Assembly: GCA_965224345.1 (NCBI GenBank)
Contig: CBDCYU010000003.1
Location: 905,748-969,747, forward strand
From: Dehalococcoidia bacterium
GTDB lineage: Bacteria > Chloroflexota > Dehalococcoidia > Lucifugimonadales > CBDCYU01
Length of the DNA: 64,000 nucleotides
Direction of reading: 5' to 3'
Both the position numbers and the translations under genes were made by a program. The notes below the pieces were generated by a model. That model saw only the letters and a program-made list of their open reading frames with translations, ran no database searches and was not told where the DNA came from. Positions 35,363 to 45,294 of this stretch are shown here, piece by piece (position 1 is the stretch's first letter; each line of letters begins with the position of its first letter).

Positions 35363-36355
35363 CTAGGCTATTCCTACTCGGATCCTGGGGTCGATCCACG
35401 TCAATAGCACGTCAGAGAGGAAGGTCCCGATCAGTGTGAGCACTGTGAGGATCAAGAGGATGGATCCTGCCATGAACATGTCCTGTGCCAGCAGCGCCCT
35501 CAGCAGCAGGGGCCCAATCGTCGGCAGGTTCATGACCGTTGCGACGATCAGACTGCCGGAGAAGAGCTGCGGCAGGGTCCAGCCTGCCACGCTGACGAAG
35601 GGGTTGATCGCCAAGCGTACCGGGTACTTGAGGATGACCCTCCACTCGGCCAGCCCCTTGGCCCTGGCCGTCTCTACGTAAGGCTTGCTCAGCTCGTCCA
35701 GCAGGTTCGCCCGCACGACCCGGGTAAGCCCGGCCATGCCGTCGGTTCCCAGTATTACCATAGGCAGCCACAGGTGCTTCAGCATGTCTATGATACGCCC
35801 TACGCTCCAAGGGGCATCGAAATACTCCTGGGAGAAGAGGCCCGTCACGTTGAGGTCAAACCAGTCGAACGCCAGGTACATTAACAGCAGGGCGAGGACG
35901 AAGTTTGGAGTCCCTACCCCGACGTAGGACGTGAAGGTGAAGAAGTAGTCAAGGACTGAGTATTGACGAACGGCGGATAGGATGCCGATGGGAATAGCCA
36001 ACGTCCAAGTGAACATCACCGTGAAAGTGGTAAGCAAGATGGTCATCGCCAAGCGCTCGTTCAGCAGCTCGGACACGGGTCTCTTGTACTCCAGCGACCT
36101 ACCGAAATCCCATCGCACCACGCCCGCCATCCACTTGGCGTACTGGATGTAAATCGGCTCATCCAGGCCGTACCGCTCCCTCAGGTACTCCAGCATCTCC
36201 TCTTCGAGCTCCATGCCGGTCTCTTCCGCCAGCTGCGCCGCGAACTCCGAGAGGTAGTCCCCCGGGGGCGCCAGGATAATCAGGAACGCCACCACGGAGA
36301 AGAGGAACACCATGGGTATCATCAGCAGAGCGCGCCGTATGACGAAGCCAAGCAC
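35363..36355 (-). CDS. Peptide-type ABC transporter permease (DppB/OppB-like)
   Basis: MLGFVIRRALLMIPMVF, YVETARAKGLAEWRVILKY, WIDPRIR. Confidence 0.9.
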   Translation of the reverse strand: MLGFVIRRALLMIPMVFLFSVVAFLIILAPPGDYLSEFAAQLAEETGMELEEEMLEYLRERYGLDEPIYIQYAKWMAGVVRWDFGRSLEYKRPVSELLNERLAMTILLTTFTVMFTWTLAIPIGILSAVRQYSVLDYFFTFTSYVGVGTPNFVLALLLMYLAFDWFDLNVTGLFSQEYFDAPWSVGRIIDMLKHLWLPMVILGTDGMAGLTRVVRANLLDELSKPYVETARAKGLAEWRVILKYPVRLAINPFVSVAGWTLPQLFSGSLIVATVMNLPTIGPLLLRALLAQDMFMAGSILLILTVLTLIGTFLSDVLLTWIDPRIRVGIA

Positions 36356-36464
36356 GGTTATCTATACCCCAAGAGCCTGCTTGTAGCTGCCATTGACAAC
36401 ATCGCCTGTTCAGCCGCAGCAGATGACTGCTGCAATTGCTTTCACTCGCCACCGCCTGATGCAT

Positions 36465-36498
36465 GTTCGGGGCCATCCTGAGAAGGATGGCCCCGAAC
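36465..36498 (-). other. Perfect 14-bp stem-loop downstream of the SBP gene
   Basis: GTTCGGGGCCATCC-tgagaa-GGATGGCCCCGAAC, 33 nt past the SBP stop, no T tract. Confidence 0.5.
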
Positions 36499-36530
36499 AG
36501 TTTACCTCGGCGGTACGGAGCAGTAGCCGC

Positions 36531-38756
36531 TTAGTTGCGGAAGAACCACTGCTCGGGATACATGTTGCTGGGAGACCGTATTGGCCAGCCGCTGGCCGCG
36601 TCGCGCGGCACGTTCGCCATGTTGTTCATTACCAGGCGCGCGCCGGGGTTCATGCCGAACATGGAGATGATCCACTGGTTCTCGGCGTGAGACGTGAACA
36701 GCTCTCTGGCTGCTTCGTCACCCACGGCGAGCGGAGACGTCTTGCCAATCTCGATAATCTCCTGCAGCCTCTTCATCTCCGCCGAAGGCTCTATTCCTTG
36801 CTGGCCTCCCGTCTGGTACCAGCGAGCATAAGCGGGCCCGTTGTTCTCGCAGCCGCTGGCGGCCACTGGGGCCGACTTTTGAGGCGCGGTGAAGAGGAAG
36901 CCCGTCGTATCATGTCCCCAAGCGCAAGACATGGCCTCGTTGGAGTTCGCGGTCTCGAACATCAGAGACCTCGCCTGAATGTCTACGTTGGCCTTGATCC
37001 CGACATCCGCCCAATAGCGCACGACCTCGTTCATGATGTCATTGGCCGTGGGCCTCGTGATGGAGGATACGATAACCAGCTCGAGAGGGTCGCCGTCGGC
37101 CGCCAGCCTGAACCCTTCCCCGTCTTTGTTGGGAAGTATCTGGTCCAGCATCGCGTTCGCCGCTTCGGGGTCGTACTGCGTGTGCAACGTCTCATACTGG
37201 CTGCCAGGATGGTGGGGATGCCCCGGTGCGGGCAGGCTGTTCCGTATCGTTGCCAGGCCGTTGTAGAAGATATCGTTGAGCTCTTCGCGGTCGATGGCCA
37301 AGGCTAGGGCGATGCGGAAGTCCTTGTTGTTGATGTACTCCTTCTCAGGGCCCTCCCAGCTCATGTTCCACCAGATCGCCTCATTGGACCCGCCGAGGGG
37401 CTTCCACGCATAGATGTCGTAGCCGACCTTCTCTTTGTTCTGGACGAACGTCCCGAAGTCGGATGCGCGAATGTTGTGCTGGCTGAACTCGCCTTGGAGC
37501 GCCTTCAGGGACTGGATCTCCGGCTCAGGAATCAAGTCCATCACGATCCGGTCCATGTAGGGAAGCTGGTTCCCGGCGGAGTCGACGCCAAAGTAGAAGG
37601 GATTGCGCAGGCCTCTGTACTGCTTGGTCCGAATTGAGGTCTCAGCAACCCAGGGCCTCGTGACCGGCCGCTCCGTGTTTACGATGGTGCTGAACCTCTC
37701 TATGAACAGGTCGATCCAGCTCGACAGCCCCGCCTCCGCGGCCTTCTTGTCGAGGGCTGCTTCGCCGCCCTCTGCATACTCCGGGAGCCACTGCTTCAAG
37801 TAGTGGGCGGGCGAGTACGGGATACCCGACTGCCAGCCGGGCAGGATGAACCCCGGAGTATCGAGCTGCGTCAACAGCGGAGGGAAGAGGTAGTTGGGGA
37901 AATCGAAGGACATCGTGACCTTGTAGTCGTCCACCTTGTCTATCTTGCCAAGGAGGGCTCCACCCCTCTTCTCGTTTTCGATCGTAATGTCCGAGTTCCC
38001 GATGATGTCCTGGTATTGGAACTCGAAGTCGTTCGCCGTAAAGGGCGCTCCGTCGGACCACCTCATCCCCTCGCGCAGCCAGAAGGTGTAGACCTTGCCG
38101 TCGTCGGAAACCTCCCACCTCTTCGCCACGTTGGGAAGGACCAGGTTTCCGTCGATGGAGAACCTGAGCATACCGGTCTTGTTGGTCAGCTGCATGCTCC
38201 AGCCATTGTCCGGGCTGGTGAAGAATGTGCGGAAGTCGCCGCCATAGCGCCCAATCTCCTGGGTAGCTATCACCAGGGGCTCCTTGGGCAGGCGCTGCTC
38301 CACCGGCGGGAGACTGCCGGCCAGCGCGAGCTGCTGAAGCATCGGCGCCTCGCCGAACTTGACGAAGGTCGCTACAGGCACCTCTTTGATCACCTCTATG
38401 GTGGCCCCAGGCACCTGGACGATCTTCTCCATAACGACTTCGATCTCTTTCACGACCTCCTGGGTCACCACCACCTCAACCGGTACCTCTCTCACAACCT
38501 CCTGGGTCACCACCACCGTCTCTCCGGGTACCATGACCTCCTTGACCACCTCTTTCTCCACGACGATGGTCTCGCCAGGTACCGTGACTTCCTTGACCAC
38601 TTCTTGGGTGACTATCTTCTCGACCGGTACCTCCCTCACCACCTCTTTCTCCACGATCACCTCCACAGGTACCTCCCTCACCACCTCCTCGGTGCAGGCG
38701 GCGGCGACCAGAGAGGCAGCCACCAAGGCGAATAGCGCCAAAATCAGTCTCGTCAT
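36531..38756 (-). CDS. Family-5 ABC substrate-binding lipoprotein with Val/Glu/Lys-rich repeat tether
   Basis: ATG at 38756 after a GAGGAGAA RBS. Lipobox VAAAC. About 115 aa of EVVKEV.VPGETVVV-type repeats. RNPFYFGVDSAGNQLPYMDRIV block. The ORF-track extension to 39227 was dropped. Confidence 0.9.
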   Translation of the reverse strand: MTRLILALFALVAASLVAAACTEEVVREVPVEVIVEKEVVREVPVEKIVTQEVVKEVTVPGETIVVEKEVVKEVMVPGETVVVTQEVVREVPVEVVVTQEVVKEIEVVMEKIVQVPGATIEVIKEVPVATFVKFGEAPMLQQLALAGSLPPVEQRLPKEPLVIATQEIGRYGGDFRTFFTSPDNGWSMQLTNKTGMLRFSIDGNLVLPNVAKRWEVSDDGKVYTFWLREGMRWSDGAPFTANDFEFQYQDIIGNSDITIENEKRGGALLGKIDKVDDYKVTMSFDFPNYLFPPLLTQLDTPGFILPGWQSGIPYSPAHYLKQWLPEYAEGGEAALDKKAAEAGLSSWIDLFIERFSTIVNTERPVTRPWVAETSIRTKQYRGLRNPFYFGVDSAGNQLPYMDRIVMDLIPEPEIQSLKALQGEFSQHNIRASDFGTFVQNKEKVGYDIYAWKPLGGSNEAIWWNMSWEGPEKEYINNKDFRIALALAIDREELNDIFYNGLATIRNSLPAPGHPHHPGSQYETLHTQYDPEAANAMLDQILPNKDGEGFRLAADGDPLELVIVSSITRPTANDIMNEVVRYWADVGIKANVDIQARSLMFETANSNEAMSCAWGHDTTGFLFTAPQKSAPVAASGCENNGPAYARWYQTGGQQGIEPSAEMKRLQEIIEIGKTSPLAVGDEAARELFTSHAENQWIISMFGMNPGARLVMNNMANVPRDAASGWPIRSPSNMYPEQWFFRN

Positions 38757-38841
38757 CACATTCTCCTCGTACTTCTGATGCCTCTTCTCAACTCTGTCTG
38801 CCAAATCTCCCACGCGAATACACGGGAAAGGCACGGGCGAA

Positions 38842-38870
38842 ATGTTAGAGTAATGATTCCGACATGTCAA
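38842..38870 (-). promoter_or_regulatory. Promoter for the SBP-permease-uxuA operon
   Basis: On the minus strand: TTGACA (38870-38865), 17-nt spacer, TAACAT (38847-38842). Confidence 0.45.
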
Positions 38871-38996
38871 CCCTTGACCATCCACACCCTTCGAGGTGAT
38901 AAAATCGTAGTAGGTGCGGGAGAGCTGGTACCAGCTGGACTCCAAGCGCTTGGAAGCGGAGTAGAGCGGCCACTGCCATTTGAGGAGACGTAGGGA

Positions 38997-39989
38997 ATGT
39001 ATCGAATAGGCATCCTGGGCTGCGGCAGATTCGCGGAAGCGCACTTCAAGGCCTACCCGCGCCTGGAGCCCCGCGCCAAGTGGGTGGCCGCCTGCCACAC
39101 GGAGCGCAGCCGCCAGAGACTGGAAGACGTCTGCGACGAGCATGGGATCGAGCTGCGCTTCACCGACGTCACCGATCTCGCCGCATGCGACGAGATCGAC
39201 GTGGTCGACGTCGTCACGCCCCCCCATGTCCGGCTGGAGGTCATCCGCCCTCTGCTAGAGGCGGGAAAGCACGTGTTGTGCGCCAAGCCCTTCGCGGACA
39301 GCCTCGATGAGGCGAGGGAGATCGTGGAGCTGGCTGAGCGCTACGGATGCCAGCTGGCCGTAGACCAGAACGCCCGCTGGTCCAGCGCCGTCGAGCACAT
39401 GCGCCGCCTTATAGAGGAAGGCCGTATCGGTGTCCCGACCTACGCCATAATCAACCACTGCTACTGGCGAGACTCCACCGGATGGAGGCAGGAGACCGAC
39501 CGGCTGGCGATGGCGGTCATGGGCGTCCACCATCTCGACCGCTTCCGCTGGCTTCTGCTGGACGAGCCGGCGGCGGTAAGCTGCGTCGCCGCGGCTAGGC
39601 CCACTCTCTCCAGCCGCGGGGACAACGAGACCACTGCTATCATCGAGTTCCGCAACGGCGCCATGGCCACCGTTACGCACTCCTGGAGCTCCCGCGCCGC
39701 TGCCTCGACCGATTTCCAGCAGTACGACGGACCGCTGGGCAGCCTCATCCTGCGCGGCGACGGCGAAGTGACCCTGCATACGGAGGACGGGGAGGAGAGC
39801 TGGCGGTTCGAGCCGGACCCGCCTGGAGCCGTAATCAGTCGCTCGATATCGCGGCTGCTGGACTCCATCGAGAGCGGGCAGGCACCGCCCCATAGCGGAA
39901 GGGACAACCTGATGACCATGGCGTTGCTGGACGCCTGCTACCAGTCGGCTGCCGAAAGGCGGCGCGTAGAGATATCGGTCGAAACTTGA
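38997..39989 (+). CDS. Gfo/Idh/MocA family oxidoreductase
   Basis: MYRIGILGCGRFAEAH Rossmann start. HVLCAKPFA (EKP-like). Confidence 0.85.
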   Translation: MYRIGILGCGRFAEAHFKAYPRLEPRAKWVAACHTERSRQRLEDVCDEHGIELRFTDVTDLAACDEIDVVDVVTPPHVRLEVIRPLLEAGKHVLCAKPFADSLDEAREIVELAERYGCQLAVDQNARWSSAVEHMRRLIEEGRIGVPTYAIINHCYWRDSTGWRQETDRLAMAVMGVHHLDRFRWLLLDEPAAVSCVAAARPTLSSRGDNETTAIIEFRNGAMATVTHSWSSRAAASTDFQQYDGPLGSLILRGDGEVTLHTEDGEESWRFEPDPPGAVISRSISRLLDSIESGQAPPHSGRDNLMTMALLDACYQSAAERRRVEISVET

Positions 39990-40101
39990 CATCAGACACG
40001 GTTATGCATAACATCCGGGCCACATTAGTGCCCAAGTGGGTTCACTCAAGAGATACACCGGTTTGGAAGGCGGACATATTAACTTATCAAGGAGGAGTGT
40101 C

Positions 40102-42384
40102 GTGAAGAGACTGTTGTTTGGATCTATCCTCGCGGCGTTGCTGGCTGTCGTCCTGACGGCCTGCGGCGGTACGGAAACTGAGACCATCGTCGTCAAGGAG
40201 GAGGTCATCAAAGAGGTGCCTGTTGAGGTGGTGGTGGAGAAGGAGGTCATCAAGGAGGTGATGGTGCCTGGCGAGACGGTGGTGGTGAAGGAGGAGGTTG
40301 TCAAAGAGGTGATGGTGCCCGGCGAGACGGTGGTGGTGACCAAAGAGGTGCCGGTGGAGGTTGTGAAGGAGGTGGTCAAGCAGGTCGAGGTCGTCAGAGA
40401 GGTCCAGATCCCGGCCGAGACCTTCGTGATGACAAAGAAGAGGCACCCCCTGATCGGGGACCTTGAGGGGCCGACGGTGCTGCCCGGCTTCGTGCCGGCC
40501 AAGTACAGCGAGGCCCCCATGCTGGCTGAGATGGTCGCCGCGGGCAAGCTGCCGCCTGTCGAGGAGCGCGTGGGGCCTGAGCCGCTGGTCATGCGTCCGA
40601 CTCACGAGGTCGGCAAGTACGGCGGCACCTGGCACCGGGGGTTCATCGGACCCAACGACGGCGCCAACGCCGTCCGCGCGATCTGGCACGACAGGCTGCT
40701 GTACTGGAACACCGAAGGGACCGAGATCGTTCCCAACATGGCTCACTCCTGCACAGCCTCCGACGACGGCAAGACAAACGTCTTCGCGCTGCGCCAAGGG
40801 CACAGGTGGTCCGACGGGGCTCCGTTCACCGCGGACGACTTCATGTTCTGGTTCGAGCACCTGTACAGCAACAAGGCCGTGATTCCGGCCCCGCGCCAGC
40901 AGATGCTGGTCGAGGGCACGCCGGTCACCATGCAGAAGATCGACGATACCCACATAGCCTGGGTATCCGAGAAGCCCTACTGGCTCCTGTGCGAGTCCCA
41001 GAGCTTGGAGCAGGCCATCGGAGGACACGCTCGAATGGGACGGTCTGGCATGGGCGGCTTTGCGCCGACACACTATCTCCAGCAGTTCCATCCCGACTTC
41101 GTGGGCCAGGCCAAGGCGGACGAGCTTGCCAAGGCGGCGGGATTCGACGACTGGGGCGTGCACATCAAGGCCAAGAACAGCGCCTATCACAACGACGAGC
41201 TGCCCCAGATAGCGGCTTGGACGATGACCGTGCCTATCACCCAGCCAACCTGGGAGTTCCAGCGCAACGCCTACAGCATCTGGATGGACGAGGCCGGCAA
41301 CCAGCTGCCCTACATCGACTACATCGTGATGACCGTGGGCGAGAGCCTGGAGGTGCTCAACCTTCGGGCCATCGCCGGCGAGTACGACTCGATGGCCCGT
41401 CACATGGACCTGCAGAAGCTGCCGGTCTTCCTGGAGAACCAGGAGAAGGGCGAGTACAAGCCGAGGCTGGACATCATGCGCCACGGCGGCGACGCGTACG
41501 TCTGCCCCAACCTCAACTACGACGCTGACCCCGAGATCCAGAAGTGGATTACCAACGTGGACTTCCGCAGGGCCCTCTCCATGGGGATCGACCGCGACAA
41601 GGTCAACGAGGTGTTCTTCCTCAGCCTGGGCACGCCCGGCTCTATGGCGCCGGTGGAGGGGAGCCTCTACAGCCCCGGGCCCGACGAGGTATTCCGCAGC
41701 ATGTGGTCGACCCACGACCTCGAGACGGCCAACACCATCCTGGACAGCATCGGGCTGGACAAGAGGGACTCACAGGGCTTCCGGCTGCGCACCGACGGCT
41801 CCGGCGACCGGCTGACCATCGCCATGGACACCTACCTCTCCTTCATGAGCTACGTGCAGCTCGGGGAGATGATCAAGGAGCACTGGAAGGACATTGGCAT
41901 AGACCTGGAGGTCAAGGAGTTCGAGCGAGGCCTGACCGCGACGCGCCGAAGGGCCAACGAGCACCAGCTCTACGTCGACACCAACTGGGCCGCGGAGAAC
42001 GCGATGGCCGCCACCCACGCCATCGTGCCCAACGGCAACAGCCACTGCGGCGGCCCACTCTATGGCCAGTGGTTCGCCAGCAACGGGGAGAGCGGCGTGG
42101 AGCCCTTCGACAGCATGAAGCGGGCTATGGACCTGATAAAGAGGGGCAAAACCCTCAAGGGCAACGCCCGGCGCGAGGCTGGTAAAGAGGCTTGGCGGCT
42201 GCTGATCGACGAGCAGTGGAAGATAGGCGTCGTCGGCATGACTCCCGCCATCCAGGGCCTGCGGGTGGTCAAGAACCACCTGGGGAACATAGCTGCCAGC
42301 ACGATCAACAGCGCCCACCACGACAACCCCGGCCTCTCCAGGCCCGAGCAGTGGTACTTCAAGGTGGACCCGCACACGCATTAA
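40102..42384 (+). CDS. Family-5 ABC substrate-binding lipoprotein with Val/Glu/Lys-rich repeat tether
   Basis: GTG at 40102 after AAGGAGGAG. Lipobox VLTAC. KEVMVPGETVVV repeated twice. Family-5 body (DEAGNQLPYIDYIV). Confidence 0.9.
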   Translation: MKRLLFGSILAALLAVVLTACGGTETETIVVKEEVIKEVPVEVVVEKEVIKEVMVPGETVVVKEEVVKEVMVPGETVVVTKEVPVEVVKEVVKQVEVVREVQIPAETFVMTKKRHPLIGDLEGPTVLPGFVPAKYSEAPMLAEMVAAGKLPPVEERVGPEPLVMRPTHEVGKYGGTWHRGFIGPNDGANAVRAIWHDRLLYWNTEGTEIVPNMAHSCTASDDGKTNVFALRQGHRWSDGAPFTADDFMFWFEHLYSNKAVIPAPRQQMLVEGTPVTMQKIDDTHIAWVSEKPYWLLCESQSLEQAIGGHARMGRSGMGGFAPTHYLQQFHPDFVGQAKADELAKAAGFDDWGVHIKAKNSAYHNDELPQIAAWTMTVPITQPTWEFQRNAYSIWMDEAGNQLPYIDYIVMTVGESLEVLNLRAIAGEYDSMARHMDLQKLPVFLENQEKGEYKPRLDIMRHGGDAYVCPNLNYDADPEIQKWITNVDFRRALSMGIDRDKVNEVFFLSLGTPGSMAPVEGSLYSPGPDEVFRSMWSTHDLETANTILDSIGLDKRDSQGFRLRTDGSGDRLTIAMDTYLSFMSYVQLGEMIKEHWKDIGIDLEVKEFERGLTATRRRANEHQLYVDTNWAAENAMAATHAIVPNGNSHCGGPLYGQWFASNGESGVEPFDSMKRAMDLIKRGKTLKGNARREAGKEAWRLLIDEQWKIGVVGMTPAIQGLRVVKNHLGNIAASTINSAHHDNPGLSRPEQWYFKVDPHTH

Positions 42385-42407
42385 CTTCAACTTCAGGACG
42401 GCCAACG

Positions 42408-42453
42408 GAGGTGGGCGCCCCGGCTTGGGCTGGGGCGCCCACCTCTGTTTATT
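42408..42453 (+). terminator. Rho-independent terminator/attenuator after the SBP gene
   Basis: GAGGTGGGCGCCCC-ggcttgggct-GGGGCGCCCACCTC followed by TGTTTATT. Confidence 0.55.
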
Positions 42454-42479
42454 GACCACTGAGACCCGGTTATGGAGCT

Positions 42480-44216
42480 TTGACTTTGCCTCCGGACACG
42501 ACCCGCGGACACCCATCCGACGAACACGCGAGGCTGCATGCCCTGATGGACGAGGCGTGGGACTTCGAGATGGAGCAGTCGCCGCTGGCCGCCACTCTAG
42601 CCGGTGACCACCGCTTCAACGATCGTCTCCCCTCGGTGGGCGAGGAGTACGAGGCCGAACGCTCGAGAGCCCGGGAACGTACACTGGCGCGGCTGATCGA
42701 GATCGATCGGTCCGTCCTAGACGCGCAGGACCAGACCAGCTACCACATGCTCTTTCAGCAGCTGGGGGACTCCCTCGCCTCTCACCGGTATCGGGAGTAT
42801 CTGCTGCCCCTGACTAACCGTGACGGATTCCACATACAGTTCGCCGAGCTGCCAAGGAAAGCGCCGTTAGCCTCGCTCCGGGACTATGAGGACTACCTGG
42901 CGCGCCTGGTGGCTTTCCCTCAGTACGTAGACCAGCATGTCGCGTTGCTGCGTCAGGCCATAGAGAGGGGGATGACCTTGCCTCGAGTGGTCCTCGAAGG
43001 ATACGAGCTCTCCGTCGAGGTCCATCTAGTCGACGACGTTCGCCAGAGCGTCTTCTACGGGCCATTCGAGCCCTTTCCCGTGGGAGTACCGGAGAGTGAG
43101 CGGCCGCACCTAGAGGAGGAGGGGAGAGCGGTCATCATGGAGATGGTCGTTCCCGCGTATAGGACCCTTCTCCATTTCCTGGTACACGAGTACCTGCCCA
43201 ACTGTCGGTCGACGGTCAGCGCCTCGGAGCTGCCCGTCGGCAAGAGTTACTACGAGCATCTCGTTCGTCACTACACGACCCTGGATGTGTCGCCGGACGA
43301 GGTCCACAGTACCGGACTGGACGAGGTAAAGCGCCTCCGAGGTGAGATGGAGCAGGTAGTCGCTGAGACGGGCTTCGCTGGCAGCTTCGGCGCGTTCCTC
43401 CATTTCCTGCGAACCGATCCGCGCTTCTACGCCTCGGAGCCGGATGAGCTGCTGAAGGAGGCAGCGTACATCCTCAAGCGGACGGACGGCCTGCTGCCCC
43501 GCCTGTTCGGCCGGCTTCCAAGGCTGCCATACGGGTTGAAGGCGGTCCCGGACCACGTCGCCCCAAAGATGACCGGAGCCTACTACGAGCGAGGCTCCGG
43601 CGACGGATCGAGGGCCGGCTACTACAATCTCAACACCTACGCCCTCGATAGCAGGCCGCTGTACGTGCTGGAGGCGCTCTCGCTGCACGAGGCGGTACCC
43701 GGCCACCATCTGCAGATAGCGCTCCAGCAGGAGCTCGAGGATCTGCCCAGCTTCCGCCGCTTCAACACCGTCACCGCGTTTGTCGAGGGCTGGGGCCTCT
43801 ACTCGGAAGGCTTGGGCCTCCAGCTGGGTTTCTACGCCGATCCCTACAGCAACTTCGGCCGGCTCACCTACGAGGCATGGCGCGCCTGCCGCCTGGTAGT
43901 GGACACCGGGATCCACGCCTTCGGCTGGCCGCGCCAGGAGGCCATCGACTACATGGTCTCCAACACCGCCCTCTCCGTGCACGAGTGTATGACTGAGGTC
44001 GACCGCTACATCGCCTGTCCCGGTCAGGCGTTAGCCTACAAGATGGGAGAGATGACGATCACCAGGCTTCGCCGGGAGGCCGAAGCCGCACTGGGCGAGC
44101 GGTTCGACGTGTGCGCCTTCCACGACGCGGTGTTGCGCAGCGGTTCAGTCCCAATGACCATCCTGGAGTCCCAGGTGCGTGAATACATCGGAAGCACGGC
44201 GACTCTGGCTCCTTGA
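42480..44216 (+). CDS. DUF885 family protein (putative metallopeptidase-like), no signal peptide
   Basis: HEAVPGHHLQ motif, VDTGIHAFGW, EVDRYIACPGQALAYKMG. Start uncertain (TTG 42480 or 42486). Confidence 0.85.
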   Translation: MTLPPDTTRGHPSDEHARLHALMDEAWDFEMEQSPLAATLAGDHRFNDRLPSVGEEYEAERSRARERTLARLIEIDRSVLDAQDQTSYHMLFQQLGDSLASHRYREYLLPLTNRDGFHIQFAELPRKAPLASLRDYEDYLARLVAFPQYVDQHVALLRQAIERGMTLPRVVLEGYELSVEVHLVDDVRQSVFYGPFEPFPVGVPESERPHLEEEGRAVIMEMVVPAYRTLLHFLVHEYLPNCRSTVSASELPVGKSYYEHLVRHYTTLDVSPDEVHSTGLDEVKRLRGEMEQVVAETGFAGSFGAFLHFLRTDPRFYASEPDELLKEAAYILKRTDGLLPRLFGRLPRLPYGLKAVPDHVAPKMTGAYYERGSGDGSRAGYYNLNTYALDSRPLYVLEALSLHEAVPGHHLQIALQQELEDLPSFRRFNTVTAFVEGWGLYSEGLGLQLGFYADPYSNFGRLTYEAWRACRLVVDTGIHAFGWPRQEAIDYMVSNTALSVHECMTEVDRYIACPGQALAYKMGEMTITRLRREAEAALGERFDVCAFHDAVLRSGSVPMTILESQVREYIGSTATLAP

Positions 44217-44299
44217 CTGGAAGGGGACGCAAACCTATAATTCGACTTTGAGAGGCCCGCTAGAGACGGGGGGCACGCCTACGCAAGGGAGCCTCGGGG

Positions 44300-45289
44300 T
44301 TGCTGACCTACTTCTTACGCCGCGTCTTCATCGGATTGGGGACCCTATGGGTCGTCTCCGTAATCTCCTTCGCGATAATCCAGCTCCCCGCGGGCGACTT
44401 CATCACCTCGTATGTCGCGGGGCTGGAGATGTCGGGAGACCTCGTGACCATGGAGGAGGCCGAGGCGCTGCGCGAGGAGTACGGCCTCAACAGACCGATG
44501 TACGTCCAGTACTATAAGTGGATTAAGCAGATCGTAACCGGCAACTTCGGACTCTCGATGGAGTACGGGCTTCCCGTAGGCGAGGTCATCGGCGAACGGC
44601 TGATCATGACGATCATAGTAGCACTGGCGGCCGTCATATTCGTATGGGTGATGGCCCTGCCCATTGGAATCTACTCGGCGGTGAAGCAGTACTCGGTCGG
44701 CGACTACACCTTCACATTCTTGGGATTCCTGGGACTGGCGATCCCCAACTTCCTGCTGGCGCTGGTGCTGCTGTACTTCTCCTTCAAGTACCTCGATGCC
44801 AACGTCGCCGGGCTCTTCTCGCCCGAATACTTCAGGGCACCCTGGAGCTTAGCGCGAGTGTGGGACTTGCTGAAACACCTGTGGATACCGGCCCTGGTTC
44901 TCGGGACGGCGGGCACTGCCGCCCTGATTCGCATTATGCGCGCCAACCTACTGGACGAGCTCCGCAAGCCCTACGTCGTGGCTGCCCGGGCCCGGGGGCT
45001 GTCCGAGTGGAAGCTGGTCCTCAAGTACCCGGTCAGGGTAGCCCTTAACCCATTCGCCAGCACCATCGGCTACATCCTGCCCTACATCGTCTCGGGGAGC
45101 ATCATCGTGTCTGTGGTGCTGAGCCTGCCCACAGTGGGGCCGCTCCTGTTGAGATCGCTGCTTGCCCAGGACATGTTCCTTGCGGGCACCATCATCCTCC
45201 TGATAGGCGCCATGACCGTCGTGGGGACGCTGTTCTCGGACATGCTCCTGGTTTGGATCGACCCCCGAATCCGGTTCGGCGGAAGGTAG
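44300..45289 (+). CDS. Peptide-type ABC transporter permease (DppB/OppB-like)
   Basis: MLTYFLRRVFIGLGTLW, YVVAARARGLSEWKLVLKY, WIDPRIR. Confidence 0.9.
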   Translation: MLTYFLRRVFIGLGTLWVVSVISFAIIQLPAGDFITSYVAGLEMSGDLVTMEEAEALREEYGLNRPMYVQYYKWIKQIVTGNFGLSMEYGLPVGEVIGERLIMTIIVALAAVIFVWVMALPIGIYSAVKQYSVGDYTFTFLGFLGLAIPNFLLALVLLYFSFKYLDANVAGLFSPEYFRAPWSLARVWDLLKHLWIPALVLGTAGTAALIRIMRANLLDELRKPYVVAARARGLSEWKLVLKYPVRVALNPFASTIGYILPYIVSGSIIVSVVLSLPTVGPLLLRSLLAQDMFLAGTIILLIGAMTVVGTLFSDMLLVWIDPRIRFGGR

Positions 45290-45294
45290 GCTCC

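Noticed and set aside
38757-39227. 157-codon N-terminal extension of the SBP ORF 36531-39227
   Set aside because: The signal peptide and lipobox begin at ATG 38756, which has a strong RBS. The extension would run through the promoter region and overlap the divergent oxidoreductase gene.
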